From NCBI GenBank assembly GCA_013239625.1, contig MU053557.1, positions 1,185,063 to 1,249,062 on the forward strand: a DNA stretch of 64,000 nucleotides. The letters are read 5' to 3'. The notes beneath the pieces were generated by a model. That model searched no databases. It worked only from the letters and a program-made list of their open reading frames with translations, and was not told where the DNA came from. This document shows, piece by piece, positions 11,641 to 23,602 of the stretch (positions are counted from its first letter, which is position 1; each line of letters opens with the position of its first letter). Position numbers and translations under genes: made by a program. Source of the stretch: Lama guanicoe (lineage: Eukaryota).

Positions 11641-13214
11641 GACTACATACGACCCTCGACTTACTTTGCTACCATGCAATTCAGTATAGCTGGTAGCTAC
11701 CAGAGGGCAGATTGATTTCCTAATGTGGCTGTGGACTCCTGATCGAGGAGGCCCCCCCCGCTTCCGGCTTCATACTCTTCTCAGTGATGCAACTCCAAGA
11801 CTTAGGGCATAAATCTCTGTGCCTAGTCCTCCTTAATCCTTCTTTCTTCTCCCTTCTTGAAGAGAGTGGTTCACTTATTATAAAAGATGAGAGAGAATCA
11901 TTTTCAGGAGCAGAAGAATTGGTGTCTTGGAGATACTCCACTGTGAAGAATGGGAGGGCTCAACTTTAATACAATTTTGAAGTCTCAGACAGAAGGGACA
12001 GTAGGAAGATTAAAGTAAAACTGTGGAGGAAATGGCAGAGGGTAAAAATGAGGTTGAAGGGAAGATGGAAAGGTGAGGGGATATGTCATCTAAAGTGAAC
12101 TTTGCCCACACTAACATATGACCTAGTGGGAAGAGTCAAATCTTGGCATGACTCAAAGGACACTACAGTATGTGTTTAATCAAGGAGAGGTACAATTGGT
12201 CTGTCTCTAGTAAGAAGCTCCCTTTTCAGATCCTTTCAGATACTACAGATCACAGTGGCAGGGCTACAAAGGGTTACACAGCCATACCTTCTTTGTGATC
12301 TCTGACTGTCAAAGGGATAACACACTTAAACACTGAGAATAGGCAGTCTGCAGCTAACAATCTCTGGAATTGGGTAGGCATAAAGAAAGCTGCAGGATGC
12401 TTTTGACCATGCCTATTGTTTGAGATCCTTTGGGGAAAGCAAAATATGTTTTGTTTCTTGGAGAAACAAGGCAATTAAAATACAAATAAAAGGCCCCTCA
12501 AATGCTGGCATCTAAAAATGCAGTGCCTATAGCTAAAAAATAGGTGCTTCCCTACCACTTGGGCCCATCAAGAGCAGATAAAGGAGAAAAAAAATCAAAA
12601 CAGTGCAGTTGAGATAAGGTCTTTGTCAGTCGGGCATTTTAGATAGCACTGTGATATTGAAGTTGTGTCCTTTGTTTCTTGTATTCCTAACAACGCATGC
12701 TGGCATCCTGTTACTTTGACATGAACATTAAGCAATTCTGGGTGCAAACACACACTTTCGGTGTGTGAAGGCTAATTTCCCTGCTTCTGCTTTCTCCCGT
12801 TGGATCGCCTGCCAGAGGTACGGGCAGAGGAGATAGAGTGGGGACTAGCATCATACAGAGCAGCTCCGTTAGGGTTAGACAGGTATCAAAGATCCCTTTA
12901 CCTGTTTCTGTTAATCGCCCTTGAGTCTACTTTTCTGGCTGACTTTGATCTGGTTTGAATCCCACTTAACAATGTGTCCCATGTCTAGAGCACTGTGAGG
13001 GTGTGGTAGCTTAGGGTGTGTGTTTTCGCCTGGGCTGTCTGCATTCCGCTGTGGTTGACTCACTCTGCTTGTGCTGCTCAGTCCATAACTCCTGAGCCTG
13101 ATGCTTTCAAGGGCATAGAGCACAGGACTCCCTTTTGTTTGCTACCAGGCATCTTAATGAATGGATTGTTCTGTAATGTGGTGGAAAGACCGTCTTATTT
13201 TGTAATCAAACAAA

Positions 13215-13365
13215 TGTGGAGAAAACTATTGAGCTCTGGAGTGTCAGTTTCCTTATTAGCAAATGGAAAGGCTAATAAGAACTGTACCATGAAGCAGTTA
13301 GGAAGACTGAACTTATGTGAAGTATCTGTTGCAATGTCAGGCATGTAGCAGGTGCCCGAAGTGGC
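13215..13365 (+). mobile_element. MIR SINE (3' half)
   Basis: 'tcagtttccttattagcaaatggaaagg' and 'caatgtcaggcatgtagcaggtgcc'. Confidence 0.6.
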
Positions 13366-15116
13366 TTTGAGAAGTAAATAAATTCAAATAGAAAGTCACA
13401 CATTGCCAGAGGCTCTCTGGGGTTTGCGGAAAGCATGACTCAACCATGTAGAGTTGATTTTTTAAAGAACGTAATTGGTTAGCAAGATGTTTGTATGTGA
13501 ATCAGAATTGTAGCATGAGGCATAACGTATCCAATTGTTCGGAACTGATTAAGTACCATGCTTGTTGTTGATACTTCAGTTCTTTGCCAGATATTTGGAA
13601 TAATGTTTATGTCAACATAGGTCCAGTATAATTTTAAAACTATGCATGAAACTATTTTATATTTTGGAAGCTGCAGGAGATTTTGTTGGCCATTTGAAAT
13701 GGAACGGGTTCGTGTGGTGAACAATTTGGCAAAATAATGCTGCAAGGAAATCATTGGGGTGACTTTTTTTTCAAACTGGTATTTTTCTCTGAATAAACAG
13801 TCATAGTAGTCACAGTATTTTGTTCTGTTGTTCTTAATGTTGCTTTTTTCTTTCTTTTCCACTCTTCCTTTTCCCCCAGAGAGGCCACTTTTCTCCTAGG
13901 ATATGTTCCGATACTCTCTGCACTGTTTGGTCCTGTCTCTCTCTGTTCCGCTGAGGCTAACGGAATTGGAATGCTGACTCTTCCCTGGTGGGCAGGCAGA
14001 GGGATGCTCTGACCATCTTCAGCTTAAGAAATCCATTTTAGAGGCCCTCTTTGTAGTCAGCTCAATCTTCTGGGGCTGAAGAAGCACACTGTACACTGCT
14101 CATAGTTTTGGAAAATAATCTACAAAGGCAGCTCAGTACTAAATTTTCTCATGGACAGGAAAATGCCCCATCAGGTCACATGGCTGTCGATAGTAGATTC
14201 CAGAGAAGACATTTTTCTAAATGTGGGCGAGTGTGTGTGAGAAGCTGCCTGGGGAAGTTTGCTGTTGGATGTGTTTCAGGATTGGAAGTTGGTTTTCAGG
14301 ATGTTTTAAGAATTTGGGCAAGCTTTCTCTTTTTTTTTTAAATTTTTCTCTTGCATTGGGCCCATCATCAGAGGCTCAATGATAGCTGACCTGTGAATTC
14401 GACCACATTGTTTCCAAGCAACCTCACGTATAAAAAAAGCAATGATATTTGCCTGTGATTGTGGGGGCGAAATGTGATAAGGAAACAGATGGCACTTTGT
14501 AGCTTCAAGGAATTTTCAGTAAACAAGCTGATATTGAAAGAGGTTTGCAAAAAAAAAAATCAAATAATACTACTAGTATATATTTTTTGAAATTGAGTAC
14601 ACACTCTGAGTGCTGAACAGTATCAAAGTCAAAGCTTATGAACCTCAGAGCTGAACACTTCTGGATACAAACTCCATGGCATCCAGGGCCCCGATGAGCA
14701 TTCGTGTTCCTTTGCATTGATGCACCACCTTACCGCAGTCAGAGGCCTAAACAGCATGTTAATTCTGCAACCGGTGGCAAAACTCCTACCCAGTGAGTGA
14801 AGAGTGGAGCACGGTTTAAGCAAATATTGTGGAGCTTGTCTCCCTTCCCAAGAGCTATGTTTCTGGGGACACTAGTGTTTTCAAATGGGAGTACATTAAA
14901 TGTTAGTATTTTGAGTTTTCCAGAGACACTCTAAATAAATACAGTAGTTCACCACATAAGTATTCAACATGTATTAAAACAATGTACTCAGACCTCTGTT
15001 CCATAGTATAAAAATATTATAAAATGATACTTTTGTATGTATACTTTATTATATCTTAAATGTTATTCTCTACAGTCTACATACAGTTTATTCTGTAGGG
15101 TTGAATATAGTCAGCA

Positions 15117-15158
15117 CTGTGTGTGTGTGTGTATGTGTATGTGTGTGTATGTGTGTAT
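15117..15158 (+). repeat. (TG)n/(TGTA) microsatellite
   Basis: Direct reading. Confidence 0.95.
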
Positions 15159-16382
15159 GAATTTGCCCTTGCACTGAGTTTAGAACCCAGACACCTACTT
15201 GACATTCCTCACTGCCGTCTGCCCTCACTTGGTTCTCGCTTGCCCAGACCCTGCTTTGCCCTGTTCCTCTTTTCCTGACTCAGGCTCTCTGCCTCTTGCT
15301 TGGGTCTCTGCTTCTTCAGTCTCTTCCTCCGTGATCAGTGACAGTTTCAGCTACTTGAATTCTCCTCCGCATGTCCTCCCATATGTAAGTATTATTTGTA
15401 TTGTTTGCTTTTGGTGTTTTGTTCTTATTATTTAGGTACTTTTCACCCTCCTTTCTCTTCCATTTGTCCTCCTTTTCTAGGCTGTGACGAGTAGCAAAAG
15501 TCTAAAATACTCTTGTGGAAGCTTCTGTGGCCCCTGCTGTCCTCTGATCCTAACACCACTGGCTCCTTCCCATGCGGCCAGGGAATGCGGCCTCTACCAT
15601 GCCAGCTTCCGTTCTCTGAGGCTGACGTTGTCAGGAGGCTGTGGAAGCTCTTGTGGGACACCTGTTCCAGTCACCATAGGCCTATCCCCTGTGTTAAGGA
15701 GGAGGTGGAATTCTTTTAGATACAGGGCTATCAGTTTCCAGGAAGTATTTTGCAATGAGTTACATGTTGAGTTCATGGTGGGAAACAAACCATTTTAATT
15801 AAGGACAGAGTAGGCAGCCTGAGCATTTGTGAATGTTCCAATAGGATCGTGTGAATAAGTAAGTACACATATATTTTTTTAAGTTTCAAAGTGTTTCCTT
15901 TAATAATATAAAAATCTGTTCTTTGCTCTCACATGGTAAGTTTTACAAAAGTTTATTTGGCCTTATGAGCAGCTGAGAGAATTTGCTCTTTTGTTTGAAA
16001 GACTTGGCCTTGATTTCAACGATTTCACTCCCATAGATCATTTGGAAAATACATTGCAGTCACAAGTAGTATTAGAAGATGGAATTCAAGAAGCCCAAGT
16101 GGAGGGCTCTGTGTGAAAATTTACAGGCAGTTAATCCTAGCACGTGTCACATTCCTGTGAGCCCCAGTCACTTTCAAAATTACAAGCACTGTCAACCATC
16201 TCTGCAGCCTGATACTCTCATGGCCATGCTAGGTCATCTTTGTACATTTGTTTTTTGAAGAGTGAAAATTTTGAAGATTGGGTCTAAAGCACACTTACCT
16301 GCACATGCACACACACACACAATTTCCTTCCTCCAGTTGACAAAATCCTGTGATCATTCAGGATAAACAGTGCAGGAGGTAG

Positions 16383-16547
16383 TTTTCTCTCCCCTCCCCT
16401 CCCCTCCCCTCCTCTCTCCTCCTCTCTCCTCCTCTCTCCTCTCCTCTCCTCTTCTTTTCTTTTCTCCCCTTCCCTCCCCTCCCCTCCCCTTTTCCTTCCC
16501 TTCCCTTTTTCCTTCCCTCCCCTCCCCTCCCGTCTCCTTCCCTTCTT
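16383..16547 (+). repeat. ~165-bp polypyrimidine low-complexity tract (CCCCT/CCTCT units)
   Basis: Direct reading; almost purine-free on the + strand. Confidence 0.95.
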
Positions 16548-17094
16548 AACCATTAGAGAGCTAACTCTTGGAGTTATACACCTAAATAATGATCAGCTAT
16601 AGAGTATAGTATTTATATGTAAGTGATAATAGGGTTTGTAACTTTAGTTTAAAAAAGGGAAAGTTTCATTCTGTGTATCTTGTTAACTTTTACAGAATAA
16701 TAAGAGAATTACATATTAAAAAGCAAAACCAAAACAAAAACTCTTTCTTCTGACACAACCTTCCATGACTCCCTTCTCTGTTAATTCCACAAACACTATG
16801 AAGATTTCACCAGTTTTATGTGTAGATGTGTGTGTGCTTGGGGGTGTAGTTCCCTGATGCCTTGAATTTTTTTTTTTAAGAATTTGAACTTGGAAAGTTC
16901 TGATAAGACAGAACTGGGACAAATTGTGGATCTTAATTTTTTAAAGACAGATTTAAAAAAATTTTTTTAGTGTAATTCCCAAAGTGCTCAAAAGATCCTA
17001 CAGTTCCTTTAAATAACTTCCTCAGACTGTTGATTGTATCATGTCTGGTATGCTTTGGTGAATGGATAAAGCAACAGCACATGTTGGAATAGAT

Positions 17095-18135
17095 TTTTAT
17101 ATACCTATTTAACAAATATTTGCACGCCAGACACTGTTGTAGGTACTGGGGACGTTGTAGTAAGCAAAATTCCTATGTCTTTGCTGTCATGAATTTTCTA
17201 CCTTAGTAGAAGAAATCAGGAAATAAACAATGAATTATAAAGCCCAGAAGGTGGCAATAATTGCTATAAGAGAACTGAAGTGGGCAGAGTGGAGACGGGA
17301 GCAAGTTCATACGAAGTGGTGAGAGAAGGTCTTTCTCGGGGCGTGTCGTGTGCAGCTGAGAGGAAGCTGTGACAAGCATTGTGAAAAGCATCTCAGGCCA
17401 AGGGGAGAGCAAGTATAAAGTCCTGGGTCAGAAGCATGCTTGGCATGTCCTCAGAACCGCAGGGAGGCCAGTGTGATTGGAGTGTGGTGACGGACGGGGG
17501 CTCTGGTAGGAGCTGAGGGCCCTGTGTGGTTTAGTAAGCCATAATGACAAGTCAGGATTTTACCGAGTGATCTGAGAAGCCATCGGGAGGATTTAAGACA
17601 ATAATCTATGCGATTTAACTCATAAATTAGAAATATCTCAATGTTCTCTCTCTGGAGAGTTGGCTAGAGAGGACCAGGGTGAAAACAGAAAATCAGTTAA
17701 AAACTTAATGATAATGCAAAGGAAAGTTGATGGAGGCTCACACAATAGTTTGCAGCAGTGAAGGTGGAGTGGAGGAAAGGAGTCAAATTCTGGGTATTTC
17801 AGGGGAAGAATCACCTGATTTCCCTATTGAGTGTACATGGACGGTGAGATAGGTAGGAATGCAGGGTTTTTGGCCTGAGCAATTTAGAAGGTGAAATTGT
17901 CATTTATTGAGTTGAGGAAGGCTGTAAAGATTGGTAATGGAGGGGGGAAATGTGGGGGAATCAGCAGCGCATTTTTGAACGGTGTAAGCCTGAGATGGCT
18001 ATGATGTGTCCTACCAGGTGGCTATGTGAATCTGGAGTTCAGGAGAGCAGTCTGTGCATTGCCAGCACAGAGCTGACATTTTAGGGCTTGGGACTAGATG
18101 AGGGGAGCCAGGGAGAGGCTTTAGATGCAGAGAAA
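17095..18135 (-). mobile_element. L2 (L2a-like) fragment
   Basis: Starts 'atttaacaaatatttg..gccagacactgttgtaggtactggggac'; continues with 'ggaggccagtgtgattggagt' and 'tttggcctgagcaatt..gtcatttattgag'. Confidence 0.85.
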
Positions 18136-18149
18136 AGTACTTACCGTGA

Positions 18150-18340
18150 TCCAAGCAAAGTTCTAAATTCAGTTGTTCATTTAATCCTCACAGTAACCCT
18201 GTAAGGTAGGAACAATTCTTTGCTCCTACGTTTAAATGTGAATATTGAAATTCAGAATTTACATAACTTGCCCAAAGTGACACAGCCAGGATTGCCTCCA
18301 AAGTCATTTTGGCTATCAAGAGTTTACTTTTAATCACTGT
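18150..18340 (-). mobile_element. MIR SINE
   Basis: 'tcatttaatcctcacagtaaccctgtaaggtagg' and 'aacttgcccaaagtgacacagc'. Confidence 0.8.
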
Positions 18341-18710
18341 CCTTTATTGATCAAGCTTGAAATTCTTAGGAAGAGATAAGGAACTGACTTAAATGGCTAC
18401 CTAGCTGAAAATGACTAATTGGAGCAGTTTTAAGAACGGCAAGATTTGCCCAGGGAAGAGTTTATCTCCTGAAAAGAAAACCCTACAGTATGTGACCCTA
18501 GTCCTCTCATCAGTGTTAGCCATCCTCAGTGAAGCACAGCACAGGTTACTGTCCCCATACAGTAGTACTGGGGACTGGATGTACAGTAGTGCTGAAGTCA
18601 GATCCTCTCTGCAGAGAAGTGTATAGAGCTGTATACCCTGCATGTTCCTGGCTCAACAGTGGCTCTTCTTTGTTTTGATGCCACTTGGTGGCCAATCCTT
18701 CGTACAGATA

Positions 18711-18858
18711 ATTTTTTTAACACCTTTATTGTGGCATGGTTCCTATACAATGAACTACACATATTTCAAATGTACAGTTTGATGAATTTGATATATGTAT
18801 ACACCAATGAAACCACTACCACAATCAAGATGGCTTTCATTTGCATCACTCCCCAAGA
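18711..18858 (-). mobile_element. Old L1 (L1MC/MD/ME-type) 3' terminus
   Basis: 'ctttattgtggcatggttcctatacaatgaactacacatatttcaaatgtacagtttgatgaattt..accactaccacaatcaagat'. Confidence 0.75.
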
Positions 18859-18859
18859 G

Positions 18860-19700
18860 GTGCAGTTTTCAAACTCCCAATTTATCCCTTCATACCCAGT
18901 TTACCCACTGGGAACCATAAGTTTGTTCTCTGTCTGAGTTTATTTCTGTCTTATAGATAAGTTCATTTGTGTCCTTTTTTTTAGAGTTCACATATAAGCG
19001 ATATCATATGACATATTTCTTTCTCTTTCTGGCTTACTTCACAAAATTGACAATGTCCAAGTCCATCCATCTATGTTGCCGCAAATGGCATTATTTTATT
19101 CTTTTTTATGGCTGAGTAGTATTCCATCATGTGTGTGTGTGCGCAATCACCCCCCGCCCACATCTTCTTTATCCAGTCATCTGTTGATGAACATTTGGGT
19201 TGTTTCCATGTCTTGGCTATTGTAAATAGGGCTGTTGTGAACATTGAGGTGCATGTGTCTTTTTGAATTATATTTTTCTCCGGGCATATGCCCAGGTGGG
19301 GTTGCTGGATCATATGGTAACTCTATTTTTAGTTTTTTAAGGAACCTCCATACTGTCCTCCATAGTGGCTGCAGCAATTTACATTCCCACCAACAGTGTA
19401 GGAGGGTTGCTTTTTCTTCATACCTTCTCTAGCATTTATCGTTTGTAAATGTTTTAATCATGGCCATTCTGACTGGTGTGAGGTGATATCTCATTGTAGT
19501 TTTGATTTGCATTTCTCTGATAATTAGTGATATTGAGCATCTTTTCACATGCTTGTTGGCCATCTATCTTGTTTGGAGAGGTGTCTCTTTAGGTCTTCTG
19601 CCCATTTTTTGATTGGGTTTTTTTTTTAAATTAAGGTGTATGAGCTGTTTGTATATTTTGTAAATCAGTCCCTTGTCGGTTGCATCATTTGCAGATATTT
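18860..19700 (-). mobile_element. Cetartiodactyl/camelid L1, ORF2 C-terminus and part of the 3'UTR
   Basis: ORF track '[23 protein letters not shown]' and '[35 protein letters not shown]'. Confidence 0.95.
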
Positions 19701-19779
19701 TGGGACCGTTATGGACTCAGACCCTGTCGTCTGCAGGACTCATTCTCTGATCTCAGTTTCCGGTTTAGTTGGGATGGGA

Positions 19780-20200
19780 TCATTCATTAGACACATGTTT
19801 CTGATGTGCCTATTATGAGATAATTATTGGAGATAGAATGATGAATAAAATAGAAATGGTCTCTGCTCTACTGGACAAGTTTTCCTTCCAGTAGAAAGTA
19901 AGAGATCATGGACAAGTATGCAAACAAATAAATAGAATAATCACAAATTGTGACAAGTTCTGTAAAGAAAAGAATGAAGCAGCTAAAGCAGATAGTAACA
20001 GGAAGATACAGTTAGCATACATAGGAAAGTCTTTCAATAGAGGTAGTATTTGGGTCAGTACCTGAGGGATGAGCAGCAAACATTCATGAAAAATTAGGGG
20101 GAAGGGTATTCCACACAGTGAAGTCAACAAGAGGTCAAAGACTTTAGCAAGCTTTGGTATTTGGAATAGCTCAGTCGTTGTGTTTGGAGGGAAGTTAGTG
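19780..20200 (-). mobile_element. L2 fragment
   Basis: 'tcattcattagacacatgtttctgatgtgcctatta..aaatggtctctgctct..gaagggtattccacacag'. Confidence 0.65.
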
Positions 20201-21199
20201 AATAAAGCCCCCCCTCTTTGCAGTAGAGTATAAGAATATGGAAGAAACTAGTGCAGAATGACTTGGATATTGCTTTGCTTCTATAATTCCATTTAGACAG
20301 AAAAAATTACTGCTAATTCAACAAATCCAATATTTTTATGACAGCAAAATATATTAGTTTTGAAAAGGCCACCACGACCCTGCCAATGTGTGGTCACTTG
20401 AAGTGAATATTTATTCAGTCTAATTGTTTGAGAAAATGTTCTTCTGGCAATCTCAATAACCAGTTCCTGCATAATAAGCTGAATGTAGCCTGTAGTTATT
20501 GGCCAAGATGAGCAGCTACAGCTAATCTTCCATTTTTCATCACAAAGGAAAAACTAGGGCTGGGTGTTTCTACACTGCTTTGGCTAAGTCCTTTCTAATC
20601 ATGTGCAGTAATGATTTCTGTTAATCACGCTCCAAGATTGTAAGGACCCCAATAAATTTTCTCATGTAAGAAGGAACTAATTTAGAATGAATTTAGGTAT
20701 CTTTACTGCTAAAACACTCGTATGGATAAGTAATTATGTCACTCTTAACTTTCTGTTGTAAGATGTAGGAACCCATTTCCAACTAAGTTATGCCTTTTTT
20801 GTTTACTTACTATTTTAACTGGTTTATATGGCCAAACTGTGGAATGGGGAAGAAAAGTAAAGGTCTTGTGTAGGGTGGATCCAAGAGGTTGAACACCATC
20901 AAGTTCCTCTCTTACTCTCTGTCTGCGTGAAAATTTAATTCTTCCTGCTGCATCTGAACTTGTCCCATATTGATTTCTTTAATTAATCGCATGAAAATGT
21001 AGTGAGTACCTGAATACGTGTGCCATGTTGGGTTAACCTCTGGGCATGGAAATAGAATAGTCCTCAGATCCACTCTGTACGTGTGTGTGTAGAGCTCCAT
21101 GCCCTACACACCATTTTATAGGGAGTCAAGGCAAATTTTAAATTAAAGAAAACCCATACATAGTCGAATTTCAAAGAGTAATACATGTATAAAAGAAAT

Positions 21200-22080
21200 C
21201 AATGCAGAATAAAGTAATAGCCTGTGACTGGGAGAAGAGAATGATTTACTTTCAATAGGGGAGGCTTCTCTGAAGAAGTGATGACCTCTTTAGAGTTTGA
21301 GTTAAGGCCTGGAGGGCTAAACAGAAGCAGTCATTCGGAGCTCTGGGCAAGGAAACTCCAGGAAGAAGTCTCAGCACCTGTAAAGACCCTGAAATGAAAG
21401 TGTCCTTAGAATGCGTAGGAAGTGGAGGCAGACAGCGTGGATGTGAGTGGAACAAAGAGGTCCATGGGGAAAGTAGGTAAATGTTGAATAGACAAGGCCT
21501 AGTAGTCCATGGTAGAGTCTGGATTTTATTTTAGTTTCAGTAGAAAGTCATTGGAAGATTTTAAGGAGAAAATGAAAGGATCAGTTTTAATTAAAAAAAA
21601 AAAGTCTCTAGTGAAGAACAGGCTTTAAGAGGTCAAGAGTGGAAGCAGAGGAACCAGAGAGCTGGTAGACACTTCAGGCCTAGTGAGAAGTTATCATGGC
21701 TTGGATTAAGGTGAAAGCTGTAAACCTGGCAAGAAATTACTCAGTTCAGGATATATTTTAAAAATAAAGTGAAAAGGGCTTCATGGATTGTATGTGGTAA
21801 CGCAGACAGAAATAAACTATGCGATTCACAAGCTTTTTCCTGAGCATGTGGGTGATGAGGAGGGTAATTGGTTGTGCCATTTACAGGGATGGGGAAGAGG
21901 GAGGGGCAGGATTGAGGAAAATGGCTGGGAGAAATCGAGTCCAGTGTTGGATGTGTTGAGTGCAATGTCTATCACCCATAAAGGGGGATGTGATGAGTGG
22001 ATTGCAGCCATCAGTCTAATGTCCAATGAAGGAGTCTGCACTGGGGAGAGATTTGGGAACATCAGTGTTATAAATAGAAC
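21200..22080 (-). mobile_element. L2 fragment
   Basis: 'ggattttattttagtttcagtagaaagtcattggaagattttaag' and 'ggagagatttgggaacatcagt'. Confidence 0.8.
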
Positions 22081-22453
22081 CTCATAGCACAGAACGTGAC
22101 TGAGGGCAATTCTTAACTCATATCCCTTTGCTCAGGAAATCGGTGAAGAAAGAGCTTCTCTGCTTGCAGTTTCCGTTAGGAGACTCTTAGGCAGGGACTC
22201 TTATTGGTCCGGCTGGGATAGTTAAGAGAAGATGGAGTAGAACAGACACAGCATTTATGTCTACACTCCAATGCGAAATGTAAAATAACCCAGTGGTTAA
22301 AGCATGCTTTGCCTCACATTTATACCTGCTATTTCCATAAGAACACCCCCTCCAAAAATACTATATTCCCTACATTTTCAAATAACGAATGCTTTACTAA
22401 ATAACAATCTGTGATTGTGACAGAGACCAAGTAATTTGAGAGATTGTGTAGAT

Positions 22454-22639
22454 TAAAGGTTCTCAACCTCAAGCCCACATTAGAATCACCTAGAGGACTT
22501 AGTGAAACACAGATTGCTGGGAACATGCCCAGAGTTTCTAATTCAGGAGACCTGAGGTAGCCCAAGAGTTTGCTTTTCTAACAAGTTCCAAGATGATGCT
22601 GACGCTGCCGGGGTGGGGACCACCCTTTGAGAGTGACTG
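22454..22639. mobile_element. MER5A hAT-Charlie DNA transposon (near full length)
   Basis: 'ggttctcaacc..cacattagaatcacct..ttctaacaagttcca..tttgagagtgactg'; flanking 8-mers gtgtagat/atctagat fit a decayed 8-bp TSD. Confidence 0.9.
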
Positions 22640-22902
22640 ATCTAGATAATCAACACTAAAGAGCAGTAGTAGTCAAATAACTGAGGCCAAGATCCTTTCT
22701 TATTTCCTGAAATTTATTCTGTTTTAACCTCATAATATACATTTTTTAATACCAAATTTCCAGATGATAAAAATGTACATACTCCAGCCTGTTAACTAAT
22801 ATTTTTTTTCTGCATGATTTGGAAGAGCTGAAAAATTGATTTGAGTCGTGTCTTTTTTTTTTTCATTCTGCATTGTGTGTATGTGTGTGTGGGGGTTGTT
22901 AA

Positions 22903-23602
22903 TGATTATTCAGGGTTCTCCAGAGCAACTACGCCAATAACACTGAGATACAGATGTATAAATAAGTAAAGATATCTGCCAATATCTCTCCAAATATAAT
23001 CTGTATTTCTATTATATATATTATAATATAGGTTTACCCTATATATATATATATCTGTTTAGATATATAGATCTATATATAATAATATCACTCTGTATGT
23101 GCATAGTTATCTATTTATATATAATTCTCTTTCTCTTCTCTCTCCAGAAATATATAGCTATATTGATTGAAAGAGAGATTGAGAGATTTATTTTGAGAAA
23201 TTGGCTTATACAGTTATGGAGGCTAAGATCCATAATCTCCAGCCATTGGCAAGCTGGGGACCCAGGAAAGCAGGTGTTGTAATTCTAGCCCAAGTCTGAA
23301 GGCCTGAGAACCAGGAGAGCCAATGACACATATCTCAGTTCGAGGAGGGAGATCTTGTCCCAGCTCAGACAGACAGCCTGGAAGGAAAAGGGGGAAAATT
23401 TTCCTTCCACTTTGTGTTTTATTCAGGCCCTCAGTGGATTCAATGGTACTCTCCCACACTGGGGAGAGCAATCTACTTTACTGAGTCCACAGATTCAAAT
23501 ACTGATCTCATCTGGAAACACCTTTACAGACACATCCAGAAATATTGTTTAATCTGGGCACACCATTACCAGTCAAGTTAACACATGAAATTAACCATCA
23601 TA
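22903..23602 (-). mobile_element. MLT2 (ERVL) solo LTR with internal (TA)-rich expansion
   Basis: 'cagggttctccagag..caagtctgaaggcctgagaaccagg..ccagtcaagttaacacatgaaattaaccatca'. Confidence 0.92.

Noticed and set aside
13479..13862. 127-aa minus-strand ORF
   Set aside because: Non-ATG start, no recognisable domain, no convincing splice boundaries; length is within chance for six frames of 64 kb.
16284..16553. 89-aa Arg/Gly/Glu-rich ORF starting with ATG
   Set aside because: Translation of a purine-rich simple repeat that cannot easily contain stop codons.
18537..18595. Possible pre-miRNA-like hairpin (gtcccc/ggggac, cagcac/gtgctg)
   Set aside because: The stem is too interrupted and matches no miRNA I recognise.
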